A stretch of DNA of 64,000 nt from Candidatus Altiarchaeales archaeon (GCA_014727915.1 WJMO01000006.1:192001-256000), one strand, 5' to 3'. Positions 1-9,979 are shown, counted from the stretch's first letter. Translations and numbers: made by a program. The notes: generated from the sequence alone by a model not told the origin.

Positions 1-3000
1 TAGCCTCATTGTTTTGACGTCTAAGGTGGCGTTTTCGATGATCTCTGAGATGTTGTATGTCCACCATCCCATGGAAAAATCCCCGTATTCCAGTGCGCTG
101 CCTGTTGCTCTTATAAGATTGTCTCTTAAGTCGCTTCCACTGCAGTTGTTTTTATCGCAGCTTTGGAAATCTAGTTCTTCTACATCGTTGTATTCTTGAA
201 GGGGTTTAATAGTCGGGTCTATGATGATGGGATATTCTGCTTCCAATAGCCATTTTTTCGGGAGATTCAATCGTAGGATCGTATCTCCCAACTCTTTGTA
301 GATTGTATATGATGTGTCGAGTTTTTCACTGTGGTTGTCTGTGATGAACGGCCTCTGTATTGTGAAATACGATAATTCCACTGGTATTCTGCCTTGTTGT
401 TTCTTTAGTTTGAATGGAATATCTTCTTCAACGAGTTTTTCACTGCCATCCCAGTTTATACCATTGACAATCGGGGTTAAGTGCTCTGGATAATCAAGGA
501 TATATGTTATTTCAAAGTCCTGTGTTGAAGATGCAAAGAGATTTGAAGAGTCTACAATGATGGATTCCTTTAGCAAATCGTCTGTTAGTTCATACTTGAT
601 GTCAACACCTTCACCAAGAATATTCGCATAAAATGGTTCGTCGTTAAACATGGATAAGCTGTTTGAATCATAGAATAATTTTTGATTAGTGGTTGGCTTT
701 ATTTTAAAGGATAGTGTTGTGTCTAATGCTGTGAAATCAACGGTCTTATCCATGTGGAATACTGCACTATAGTGTTTTTTCTCGTATTTAATGTCCTCTT
801 CGGCTGAAACCAGGGTGGTTGTGGTTGTTGAGGTGTCCATTGTTGTAGTGGTTAGTTCAATTAGGGTGGTGGTTGTAGTTTCAATTGTCGTGGTTGTGGT
901 CTCTGCTGGGAGGGTTGTAGTGGTTGAGGATGGTTGGAGTGTGATAGTTGTTGTGGTATCTAATAATGGAATGGTGGTGGTTGTCTCACTCGTGGAGGTA
1001 GTTGAGGATGTGCTTGTTGTGCTTACCAGGATTTTGCTTTCATCCTGTGTTGATGAGGCCAGATCTGGATCCAGGATTACGGTAACATTACCACAGTCGT
1101 CTACCAGGCATGTCACGTTCACGGTAAAATCAAAGAACTGATTTTGGTAAACTATTTCAGAAGATACCAAAGGATCAAGAATAGATATATCTACTTTTGG
1201 AAGTGCAAGGACCGTGTAATTGAATACTGCTACGTTGTTGGTTTCGTCCAGTTCTTCGACAGAGTCTTTGCTGTCTGCTATCACGTATACATGGTTGGTT
1301 CCTGTGTTGTTTGTGACGTTCCATGTTAAATCAACAAGATAATCTTCTCCAACGTCAAGCAGGCCCATTGATGAATTATATATTTCTTCTGCTCCGGTGG
1401 GTGTTGCTACTATAATGCTTATTTCCGCGCTTGAGGTAGTTGATGCTAGTGTCCCGTCATTTGTGACCGATGCGTTTATAGTGATGATCTGGTTTTCATA
1501 GAGGTTCTGTGGCGTGACATTCAAGGTTGAGTTGAAGTCGGGCATATCCGCACCGATTGCCGTGAAAATTGTGTTATGATCAATGAGCGCCCATACGTAT
1601 TTATTGATGGTATCGACTCCAGTTATTGCTTCTTCAAGCCATTCTGAAGCGGTTTCATTCCACCAGTGAATTTTTAGAGTTTCTTCTGGAACGGTTAATG
1701 CACTGGAATTATAGGGGATTTTCAACAAGAAATAATTGAATGATCCACTGATCTCAACATTCACATATTTACCTATGCTACTGTTATCACCGCCAGTTGG
1801 AGCAGAGATTATATCAAATCCTGAGAAATATGCAAGGGAATCCAAACTGTTTAGGATTCCAAGTATGCCCTCTGTTTCGTTAGTTGGTGGTTCTGGTTTT
1901 ACTAGTATTGTTGCATAAGCCTGGTTATTTGCTTCATCAGTTTCTTCAATATCATCTTGGGAGTCTATTTCTACAAATATTGTATGGTTATTTGCATCGG
2001 GGATATTCCATGATACGCCAACTTGTTTACTTCCTCCTGCTTCGACAACATCCGCAATGCTTGAACCTATGTATACTCCTCCATCACTTATGTTACCATC
2101 ATAAAAACTAACATTAACGTCATATGCATTGCTACTACCCTGGTTTTCAACTGTAAATGTAAGGTTAACTAACTCCCCATCATAGTATCTAAAACAGTCC
2201 TGTAGTTGTGTGGTTAGGGATTTGCCATCATATTCTCCCATATTGAAATTCATAAGATCGGCGAGTGTGGGGGCCATATCCAGAACACTGTAGTTAACGT
2301 CTCCATAGCTACATCCGCCGAACCGTGGAGAAATGTACATCATCGGAACAAAGGTATCTGTGCGATAAAGTCCCCCGTGCATGCCCTCTTTTTCTTCGTT
2401 CATGATGTAATAGCCTGATTCGACATTGGATAGAATGATTATGTCCCCTGCCCGTTGAGGATAAAGCATATTGACCCTATCAGCAAAGGGGTAGTCTGAG
2501 GGATCAAGAGAATCCAGGCTTGCAGAATTATTATTTCCTGTATAGACTTTATACTCTGATTCCCCCTCATATCTCACCAGTACCTTGTCTATTCCATCCA
2601 TATCATACAAAGCCTGAGCAGCACGGTTAACTGTGGCATTAGTCGGATAAGCATCCCAGGGTATTGAATAACTAGTTTGATTAAACTTCAGATATACATA
2701 AGCGGAATTACCAATGGTTGCGACAACCGCAGTAGTATTACTATAATCATTTAAAAGAAGATAATTAGTTTTTGGTTCAGTGGCAAAATCTTCACCCTCA
2801 AGAACACTCTCGATATCTTCACGAGATATGGCTAATGACGAATTCACATCACTTTGTCCATGATCACTTATTACAACAATTAAAGTGTCCTCACTCTTAT
2901 TGAGACTCATCAATTTTCCATAAATACTATCGACTACATTTATCTCATTCAATATCATATCATTAGCATCATCAGTATCGGTCCCAGAATAACCACTGAC

Positions 3001-3633
3001 ATCATGATAGCCCTGAAGATAAACAACAGTAATATTGTAAGGGCTAGAAAGATGTTCTCTTGTTAGAATACCCATTCCGTTTTCAGCTTTTATGACCCAG
3101 TTTTTTAATTGTAATTTTGCTGAAGCCAATGAAATACCAACCAGACCATATGCTTCATAGTGTATATGTGTAGCATCTTTCTCTAGAAATTCTCCAAATA
3201 ATTGACTTGTTAATTCTGAATTGTCTGCTTTTTTATATATTGTATCCGCTAGCAAATCATTGTTAACACCTAAAAAAGGAATAACTAAATCCGTTTCTAA
3301 TCCAATATTATATGTCCTATATGTTGAACTTGTCCTGTCAAACCAATTTATACCATTTGAACTGTGATTTCTTGGATATCTCCCAGTAAATATGGATGGG
3401 TGCGCAGCTGGCGAGCTCCCTGGAAAGATGGTTGTTGTATTTACGAAGTATACTGAATTTGAAAAAATACGATTTTCACTATTTTCATAACCCCAATATA
3501 GTCGTTCTGAGGGGATTGCATCAATTAGGACGATTACAACATTTTTGAATTGAACATTTTCTGCATTCACAACTGGCAGGAATAATAGGAATACCAAACC
3601 CAAGATTAATAATTGAGTTTTGTATTTTTTCAT
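1..3633 (-). CDS. Large secreted surface protein (>1211 aa, runs off the left edge): alkaline-phosphatase-superfamily (NPP-like) head, two CARDB domains, Thr-rich linker, YP-x-x-IDPT domain
   Basis: Not in the ORF track because there is no stop in the window. Manual translation from ATG 3633 (MKKYKTQLLILGLVFLLFLPVVNA signal peptide) is open to base 1. Motifs VVIVLIDA, FPGSSPAAHPSIFTGRYP, ISDHG, MHGG; CARDB-type VENQG...IEETDEANN and VTNDG...VEELDETNN. Confidence 0.85.
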   Translation of the reverse strand, partial: MKKYKTQLLILGLVFLLFLPVVNAENVQFKNVVIVLIDAIPSERLYWGYENSENRIFSNSVYFVNTTTIFPGSSPAAHPSIFTGRYPRNHSSNGINWFDRTSSTYRTYNIGLETDLVIPFLGVNNDLLADTIYKKADNSELTSQLFGEFLEKDATHIHYEAYGLVGISLASAKLQLKNWVIKAENGMGILTREHLSSPYNITVVYLQGYHDVSGYSGTDTDDANDMILNEINVVDSIYGKLMSLNKSEDTLIVVISDHGQSDVNSSLAISREDIESVLEGEDFATEPKTNYLLLNDYSNTTAVVATIGNSAYVYLKFNQTSYSIPWDAYPTNATVNRAAQALYDMDGIDKVLVRYEGESEYKVYTGNNNSASLDSLDPSDYPFADRVNMLYPQRAGDIIILSNVESGYYIMNEEKEGMHGGLYRTDTFVPMMYISPRFGGCSYGDVNYSVLDMAPTLADLMNFNMGEYDGKSLTTQLQDCFRYYDGELVNLTFTVENQGSSNAYDVNVSFYDGNISDGGVYIGSSIADVVEAGGSKQVGVSWNIPDANNHTIFVEIDSQDDIEETDEANNQAYATILVKPEPPTNETEGILGILNSLDSLAYFSGFDIISAPTGGDNSSIGKYVNVEISGSFNYFLLKIPYNSSALTVPEETLKIHWWNETASEWLEEAITGVDTINKYVWALIDHNTIFTAIGADMPDFNSTLNVTPQNLYENQIITINASVTNDGTLASTTSSAEISIIVATPTGAEEIYNSSMGLLDVGEDYLVDLTWNVTNNTGTNHVYVIADSKDSVEELDETNNVAVFNYTVLALPKVDISILDPLVSSEIVYQNQFFDFTVNVTCLVDDCGNVTVILDPDLASSTQDESKILVSTTSTSSTTSTSETTTTIPLLDTTTTITLQPSSTTTTLPAETTTTTIETTTTTLIELTTTTMDTSTTTTTLVSAEEDIKYEKKHYSAVFHMDKTVDFTALDTTLSFKIKPTTNQKLFYDSNSLSMFNDEPFYANILGEGVDIKYELTDDLLKESIIVDSSNLFASSTQDFEITYILDYPEHLTPIVNGINWDGSEKLVEEDIPFKLKKQQGRIPVELSYFTIQRPFITDNHSEKLDTSYTIYKELGDTILRLNLPKKWLLEAEYPIIIDPTIKPLQEYNDVEELDFQSCDKNNCSGSDLRDNLIRATGSALEYGDFSMGWWTYNISEIIENATLDVKTMRL

Positions 3634-4103
3634 TATCATATTAAACCCCACACCATAACAATTGGAATAAAAATCAAACATGAATAGAAAATCAACAAAA
3701 TAGATAAGAGAATTATTTTATAGTTAGGTGAGTGATTAAATCTTTTTTCAAACAAGTATAGCATTCCTAAGAAAATAGGAGTGTAAAAAATACCATTAAT
3801 GCCTACAGTAAGCATTGACAAAATAATAAAAAGATATACTCCAAGTAAAGAGAGTGTATTCAGTATTTCATTATTGGTATTAGAGATGGCATTTAACACT
3901 GGATCGAAAAAAGTCATTATATGACCAAATAGTTCAAAAAAAAGACTAATTACAAGCCCATATTGAAAAACTAAAATGAGAATGAAGATTGTTTGAGATA
4001 CTAGTAAAATTATAAAAAAGAGGATAGATGTTAAATGTCTCAACCAGTTTTCTTTTATATCCTTTTGTATAGTGGCTAGTGTCTTGTTCATCTTATTCTA
4101 AAA
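2188..4103. repeat. 7-bp direct repeat TCTAAAA (2188-2194 and 4097-4103) flanking a putative 1.9-kb inserted cassette
   Basis: Both copies encode Phe-Arg in the same codon phase on the minus strand and lie at the two halves of one split CARDB domain. Confidence 0.55.
3636..4091 (-). CDS. Small multi-pass membrane protein, unknown function
   Basis: 151 aa with several hydrophobic segments, very AT-rich; overlaps the upstream stop and ends 2 bp before the downstream ATG. Confidence 0.7.
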   Translation of the reverse strand: MNKTLATIQKDIKENWLRHLTSILFFIILLVSQTIFILILVFQYGLVISLFFELFGHIMTFFDPVLNAISNTNNEILNTLSLLGVYLFIILSMLTVGINGIFYTPIFLGMLYLFEKRFNHSPNYKIILLSILLIFYSCLIFIPIVMVWGLI

Positions 4104-5797
4104 AATATTATGTTTGCGTTTTTTGCGACTAGGTCTGGGTTTCCTTGTTGGCAGCCGCTTGGGTCATTGCATACGTATCCGGGGTCGCATTCTATGATGT
4201 TTCCGAATGTGCCTGATGTGCATTGTTTGTATGCTGTGGTGTTGTAGCAGTGTTTGTCTCCTTCGTTGTATATTGTGCTGTCGTGTACGCATTTGTCTTC
4301 TTCATCGCAGAAGTATCCTATCCCGTCGTATTCATCTAGCACGCATTCTTCGTAGTCGTGGGGGCAGGCTTCCTCGTCGTCGTTGTCTGCTGTTACGTTT
4401 TCACATGGGTCTCCGTAGTCTAGGTCTCCTTCGCACATGTATGTGATGTTGCAGAATTCGTCTGCGAAACAGTTTCCTGTCGAGGACGTGCAGTTTATGG
4501 CGTATTCTATGAACAATTGTGTCCCGCCTTTGTTGATGCCATAATAGTAATCATGGTCGTTTTGGCCTGGTTGCTCGTCCTGAGGCAATTCAGGGGCTAT
4601 GTCTGTCTTGAAGGCTAGGTATTCGTCTCCGTTTAATGCGTCTTGAAATATGTCTGTTATGTCGAGTGTTTGGCTTCCCTGCTCTGAGCATGTGTCCTCG
4701 TACATGAGGGTGACGAGGCTTGAACTGGTATTGACATCTGCGTTGTTTGAGCAGTCTGGCGTTTCTGTGAATGAGTTGACTCGGAATAGCTGGATATTGT
4801 ATCCAGAGGGCATGTATTCTTCTCCTACGCATGAGCCATAGTAGTGTAGTGTGGCGTGGTGTGCTGTTTTCCAGTTAAGGTGTGAGACGTTGAATCTGAA
4901 TAGTGGCTTTGAGACTCCTTCGTATGCGCTTCCCCAGCAGAAGGGTTGTGTTTTGAATTGTATGTAGTCTGGCTCTTCAAAGATGTCCTCGCATGCGTTC
5001 GTGTTCGTGCTGCAATTGTTCAGGTTCTGCCATTTGAAATAGTTTTCATCGCCGCCAATCTTGACTGTTGGATCTATCTCTATTGGATACTGGGCCTCGT
5101 TAAGCAGTTTATATGGTATTTCTAGGCTTAATTTTATCTTTTCTTTTTCTTTTGTGAGCCGGTAAACTAGAGGTTCAATCTTTCCAGTGTTGTCTTCGAT
5201 TGTAGGTGCCTCTATCAAAAATACTGTCGGGTCTTGGTAGATAATCCCCTGTTTTGTCTTTAGCTTGAATGGAATGTCTTTGTTGGTGGTTATTTCGTTG
5301 CCCATCCATTTTTTCCCTTCAACGTATATGTCAGTGTCTTCAGAGTATATCAAAGTGAAGTCGATGCTTACCGTGGAAGACGACAAGGAGGGTATGCTGT
5401 TTTTTTCATCGATGATTATCTTTTCCTTGACTTTATTTGGCAGCATCTGGTATTCCATGTCGATTCCTTTTCCGAAGACATCATAGTATGTGACCTGTTC
5501 GGAGTCTGTAAAGTATGGGTTGAATGAAGGGGATGTTCTTTCGAGAGTATTCAATGAGTCTGGCTTGAATTGAAGATTGCTATTGCCAACAGATACTTGC
5601 ATGCCCCTGTCTTCGGGGCTTGATTTGAAGATTATATTGTAGGTGTTTGTATTCATGCCATAGTCTGTTTCAATCCTCATGCCCTCATAGCTAGGCGTGA
5701 TATCGGGTTCAGGGGAGGGGGCACCAAAGACCGTAGAAACAGAGAGAATAAGAAAGGTGCAAAGAATCCACGATACACATTCTCGCTTAAATCGCAT
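4088..5797 (-). CDS. Secreted surface protein (YPIEIDPT domain, Cys-rich tail) ending in the first strands of a CARDB domain
   Basis: Signal peptide; KVKEKIII...YPIEIDPT block paralogous to the block near 210-640; C-terminal NPDLVAKNANIIF. Confidence 0.8.
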   Translation of the reverse strand: MRFKRECVSWILCTFLILSVSTVFGAPSPEPDITPSYEGMRIETDYGMNTNTYNIIFKSSPEDRGMQVSVGNSNLQFKPDSLNTLERTSPSFNPYFTDSEQVTYYDVFGKGIDMEYQMLPNKVKEKIIIDEKNSIPSLSSSTVSIDFTLIYSEDTDIYVEGKKWMGNEITTNKDIPFKLKTKQGIIYQDPTVFLIEAPTIEDNTGKIEPLVYRLTKEKEKIKLSLEIPYKLLNEAQYPIEIDPTVKIGGDENYFKWQNLNNCSTNTNACEDIFEEPDYIQFKTQPFCWGSAYEGVSKPLFRFNVSHLNWKTAHHATLHYYGSCVGEEYMPSGYNIQLFRVNSFTETPDCSNNADVNTSSSLVTLMYEDTCSEQGSQTLDITDIFQDALNGDEYLAFKTDIAPELPQDEQPGQNDHDYYYGINKGGTQLFIEYAINCTSSTGNCFADEFCNITYMCEGDLDYGDPCENVTADNDDEEACPHDYEECVLDEYDGIGYFCDEEDKCVHDSTIYNEGDKHCYNTTAYKQCTSGTFGNIIECDPGYVCNDPSGCQQGNPDLVAKNANIIFFRIR

Positions 5798-5879
5798 TCA
5801 AAACCACCACAATTAGCTATTTGATGAGGATAATATAAAGCCCTTGAATATGTTTAAACATGGGATTACGGTTGTTTGA

Positions 5880-7952
5880 TTAGGTTATCATACTGATCAC
5901 TTTTTTGATTATTTTTTCTGCCGCTGGAGGTATTATTCTTTTGGGTGTTTTTTGGAGGCATTCTTTTGACATTGTGGTGTTTGTTATCTTATGACATAGT
6001 ACTCTATCTTTTTTATGTAATGCATTGTCCCAGTAGCATACGTTCCTGTTCCATTCGCCGTTGATTTTTTCGCATAGGGTGTGGTTTCGGAGTTCACGGC
6101 TTGTTTCCAGGTAACACCAGTCATTGTCTATTTCTGTTTGCTTAATCTTGTCGCATAATGAGTAGTTATTGTTTTTTATGGCGACGTTTCGGTAGCATTG
6201 GTCTTTTTCGCTTTGTTTTGCCATCTCATCGCATATTGTGATGTTGTTTGTTTTTTCGGCTATTTTTGTCTTGCACCCGAACCTCCAGTTTGGCGGTTCC
6301 ATGTTTGCACATATTGTGATGTTGGTTGTTCTTTCAGCAATATCTGATAAGCAACCGACCTTTGAGAAGGCATTTTTACATATGTCTGGATTGTTTGTCT
6401 TTTTAGAAATTTCCAATAAGCAATCGTTTCGTATTGATACGTTGAAAATATCAAAGCATATTGTGTGATTGTTATTCTCTATCGCTATCCTTTTAATGCA
6501 CCGATCTGTCTTGTCTTTGGTGGTTGCTATCCTGCATTGAGTTATGTTTTTTGTTCTTTCGGCCTGCCAGTCAAAGCATGATCTCACAATATCCACATTG
6601 TCTATTTCATGGCAGTCGAGTGTGCGGTTCAGCCATTCTTGTATTTTGCTGTAACACCATGTCGCATCATTTTCTTCAGTTATGTACTCGCAGGTTTTGC
6701 TGTTGTTTAATGATATCACTATCCGTTCATAGCAGTATTCCCTGTCCCATCGGTGGCTTATATTCTGGCACAAGGTTATGTTGTTTGAGTTCACGCTAAC
6801 GTCCTCGTAGCATTGACTCCTGTCATACCTGTCCTTGACTTTGTCGCATAGGCTGCTTTCGTTTAGGTTTTTTGCAAGTCCAGAATAGCAGGAGTCTACT
6901 TCCTCTTGCTCCACTATTAGGGTGCATAAACTAGTGTTTAACAGGTTGTATGCTGCATAATTGAAGCACCAGTCCCTGGTTTCAGTGTATGTGGGTTTGT
7001 TGCAGAGGTCAAGGTCTTTGAATCCATCATGAAGAATAAAGTAACCATAGCAACTGTTTCTTGTTCTATTGTCTAGGACTATCCTATCACATAATGACGA
7101 GTTTTTCGTAATTCTTGCGAGAGTGTCATAGCACCTAAACCCAGCCAATTCAATGTCTTGTATTTTGTTGCAGAGAATTGAGTTGTTTGTTAACCTGGCG
7201 TAGCATATGCTGCTGTAGTCGTTATCTCTGATTTTTTCGCAGAGTGAGAGATTATTGGCTTCGATGGCAGGGAGGAGATAACACATTCCTTGTATGCTGG
7301 AATTCTCGATCTTGTCGCAGATCGTGGTATTTTTTGGATAGTGGGAGTACAGGTAGCACCTGTCCCGTTTATTGTTGTCTAATATCTCGTCGCATATGAC
7401 GTATGTTCTTTTTTGGCTGCAATATCTGATGTAGCATTCATCCCGTTCAGCATGCTCGTTTATGTTGTTGCATATTCTGACATCATTTGTGTTCACTGCT
7501 ATATGGGAAATGCAGTTATTTTTTGACGTATTAAGGTAGTCGTTTTCGATGATTGTCCAGTTGGGCAGTTGCTTGCATAGGCCGATGTTGTTTGTCTTGT
7601 GTGCAATACCTTCTATACAATAGTCCTTTATTTCCTGGTTTTCAATAAGTGTGCACATGGACGAATCATTAAGTTCCTGTGCAACATGCCGGATACAATA
7701 TCCTCTCTTCCCGGAATCACTTACTTCCATGCATTTGCGCAAGCTTAAATCCTTTTTGCCCTCCTTGTAAAAGCATGCATCTCTCAGTTCTTCATGGGGT
7801 GTTACCCAACAGTATGATAAGCGGACTGTTAACTCCCTGGAAACGGTAGGTATCAGCCAGAGAATGCTGAATATCAGGACAGCCAATATTATCGATACTT
7901 GAATCCAGAGCTTCCAGCCCTTCATGCATTTGATTATTCGGCTATTTTTCAT
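5880..7952 (-). CDS. Membrane-anchored Cys-repeat protein (about 25-aa C-x2-I-x5/6-D-x-C-Y repeats)
   Basis: 690 aa, N-terminal TM helix, more than 20 two-Cys repeats, many N-x-S/T sequons. Confidence 0.85.
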   Translation of the reverse strand: MKNSRIIKCMKGWKLWIQVSIILAVLIFSILWLIPTVSRELTVRLSYCWVTPHEELRDACFYKEGKKDLSLRKCMEVSDSGKRGYCIRHVAQELNDSSMCTLIENQEIKDYCIEGIAHKTNNIGLCKQLPNWTIIENDYLNTSKNNCISHIAVNTNDVRICNNINEHAERDECYIRYCSQKRTYVICDEILDNNKRDRCYLYSHYPKNTTICDKIENSSIQGMCYLLPAIEANNLSLCEKIRDNDYSSICYARLTNNSILCNKIQDIELAGFRCYDTLARITKNSSLCDRIVLDNRTRNSCYGYFILHDGFKDLDLCNKPTYTETRDWCFNYAAYNLLNTSLCTLIVEQEEVDSCYSGLAKNLNESSLCDKVKDRYDRSQCYEDVSVNSNNITLCQNISHRWDREYCYERIVISLNNSKTCEYITEENDATWCYSKIQEWLNRTLDCHEIDNVDIVRSCFDWQAERTKNITQCRIATTKDKTDRCIKRIAIENNNHTICFDIFNVSIRNDCLLEISKKTNNPDICKNAFSKVGCLSDIAERTTNITICANMEPPNWRFGCKTKIAEKTNNITICDEMAKQSEKDQCYRNVAIKNNNYSLCDKIKQTEIDNDWCYLETSRELRNHTLCEKINGEWNRNVCYWDNALHKKDRVLCHKITNTTMSKECLQKTPKRIIPPAAEKIIKKVISMIT

Positions 7953-8153
7953 TAGTGTTTATCCTTGCCTCCACAAGATTATTCGTTTTCATGATTTAAA
8001 CGGCTTGTCTTGTTTTTGGGCTTGTTGGCTGTACTTTTCGTTTTTGGAGGGGGTGAAATATACAGTTTTGTAAAGGCTTTTGTTGGCTTTTGTTTTTTGT
8101 TCTGGGTGTTTTCGCTGTACATGGCTGTACAGTCAACAGCGGTTTGGCTTTGT

Positions 8154-9745
8154 TTATTGTTTTGGGCGTGATTCATCCTCTGTTTGTTGTCCTGGGCTTG
8201 ATTCATCCCCTGTTGTGAAGTATGATTTTATCTTTTCTGTGACTCTTATGCGGGTGATTGTTTCTCCGTATGGTTCGTATTGTGGGCTGTTTTCGTAGTT
8301 TGTGAGTATGAAGAACCATCCGTCGTATTTTTGGAGTACGCTGTGTTTCAAGTCCAATTGTTTCTTGGTTTTGGCTGATTTGTCGGTTTCTATTTCTACA
8401 GCGATTTTTTCCCCTTCTTCTGTTGTGAAGACTATGTCCGGTTCTTTAGTCAGATTCTCGACGTATGTGGCGTTGTATTTTTGGAGTTCTTCGCAGATGA
8501 GGTATCGCAGTATGAAGTGTTCGTCGGATTCGACTGTCGTATTTTGCACGAGGTAGACAGATCCGCGGCCTCTGACGAATCCTGGGTCTCGGACTTCCTT
8601 GAAGCCTTCCCTGTGGAGGATGTCTATCTGGCCCGTGTCCAGGTCGGTTTTCAGGTGCACTTTGTTGTCTATGTCGAATCGCTTCTTGGGTGACGCAGGG
8701 ATTTCTTCTTGGGGTTTCTCCTCTGGCTTGTTTTTCCTTTCCAGGCGCACGAGGTCTGCGGGCTTGGTTGTGACGAACTCGTATTCCCGAGGCGATGCTA
8801 TGACTTTGAGGGGTATGTGGTTGTTGTAGGCCATTAGCAGGCCTTCGCCTGGCTGGGCGTTCATCAGTAGCATGGTTTCCCCGTAGTTGAGCTTGAAAGT
8901 CCGTGTTATGCTGTCTATTACTGACGGGTCTTGCCGTAGCAGCAGTTTCCATGCTGTGTTTGCGAGGACTGATTTCCCGGCACCGCTTGAGAGGAGGTCG
9001 TTGACTTCCTGGGTTATGATGATGAAGCTCAGGTTGTATTTCCTGCTGGTCTTGACTATCTCGAATATGCGTTCTGCTGCCTGAGGGTATTGGAGAAGCA
9101 GCCAGGCCTCGTCGATGACGAAGACTTTCCGTTTCATGTTGTCTTTCATCTTGTGCAGTATATATTCTAATATAGTGTACATCATGGCCGGCTTGGCGAG
9201 CTTCGGGACTTGGCTTACATCGAATGTGACCATGCGGTTGTCGAAGTCAAGCACTGTCTGCTTGTTGAGGAATTTCAGCGAGCCTTCTGTGAACATCCTC
9301 AGCCGGTTGGTCAATGCCATTGCCGAGGTTCTTGTGAAGTGGTTTTCATCTGACTCTTTGGCTTTTATGGCTGAGTAGAGTTCACTGAATGTGGGTGGTG
9401 TGTTTTTCCATGTGCTTTTTTCCTCGGTGATTCCCGCATCATAGTAGATTTTTCTGAATGCATCGTCCAGGAGAGCCCGCTGTGACGGCGAGATGTCCTC
9501 GATTATCGTGAACATCAGAGAGTGCAGTGACGCTATCTTGTCTGCATAGTCCATCCCCATCATGTCAAACGGGTTGATGACAGTGTCCGAGTCCTTGGAT
9601 ATCTTTATCGCCTGCCCCTTGTAGGCTTCCGTCAGCTTCGTGTATTCGCCCTGGGGATCGAGGTTGATTACGTTCGCATCCATCAGAAGCTGCCGTATCT
9701 CGAAGACTTTGACAAAGAAGCTCTTGCCAGCCCCCGAGGTCGATG
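8154..9745 (-). pseudogene. VirB4/TraC/HerA-like ATPase with a C-terminal PD-(D/E)xK-like domain; probably 5'-truncated
   Basis: Walker A TSGAGKS, LDPQGEY, INPFD, Walker B VFVIDEAW, SRKYN, ITQ; tail EPDIVF...IAVEIET. Sequence upstream of Walker A is not a P-loop beta strand, and the track's start at 9935 lies inside the tRNA. Confidence 0.75.
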
Positions 9746-9905
9746 AAGCCCTTGGAGCGATAGAAAAGGAAGAGAAGGAAGCCAGTAAATTCTTCGTGCA
9801 GTTATTCAAGAACACGCAGTTCAGAAGTTGGCTAGAGAAGACGTTCACAGCCCCGAGGATTGAGGCGGGATTGAGTTTGCCCTTTTTTTCGGTTGTCGGT
9901 TTCGA

Positions 9906-9979
9906 AGCCCCAGGAGGGATTTGAACCCTCGACATGCAGATTACAAGTCTGCCGCTCTACCAGTCTGAGCCACTGAGGC
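9906..9979 (-). tRNA. tRNA-Thr(TGT), no intron
   Basis: GCCTCAG/CTGGGGC acceptor, GCAGA-CTTGTAA-TCTGC anticodon arm, GGTTCAAATCC T arm. Confidence 0.97.

Larger units (their letters stand above)
1..9905. mobile_element. Degraded integrated element/genomic island at the 3' end of tRNA-Thr(TGT); left boundary outside the window
   Basis: Abuts the tRNA 3' end, visibly AT-richer than the rest of the window, carries a VirB4-like ATPase and surface-protein cargo, all genes co-oriented; no intact integrase and no second att copy seen. Confidence 0.65.

Noticed and set aside
791-1141. Val-rich plus-strand ORF
   Set aside because: Antisense shadow of the Thr-rich linker in the large minus-strand gene
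8158-8217. Two ~30-bp imperfect tandem repeats at the end of the ATPase gene
   Set aside because: Only two copies, coding (DESSPGQQ/DESRPKQ), no spacers; not a CRISPR array
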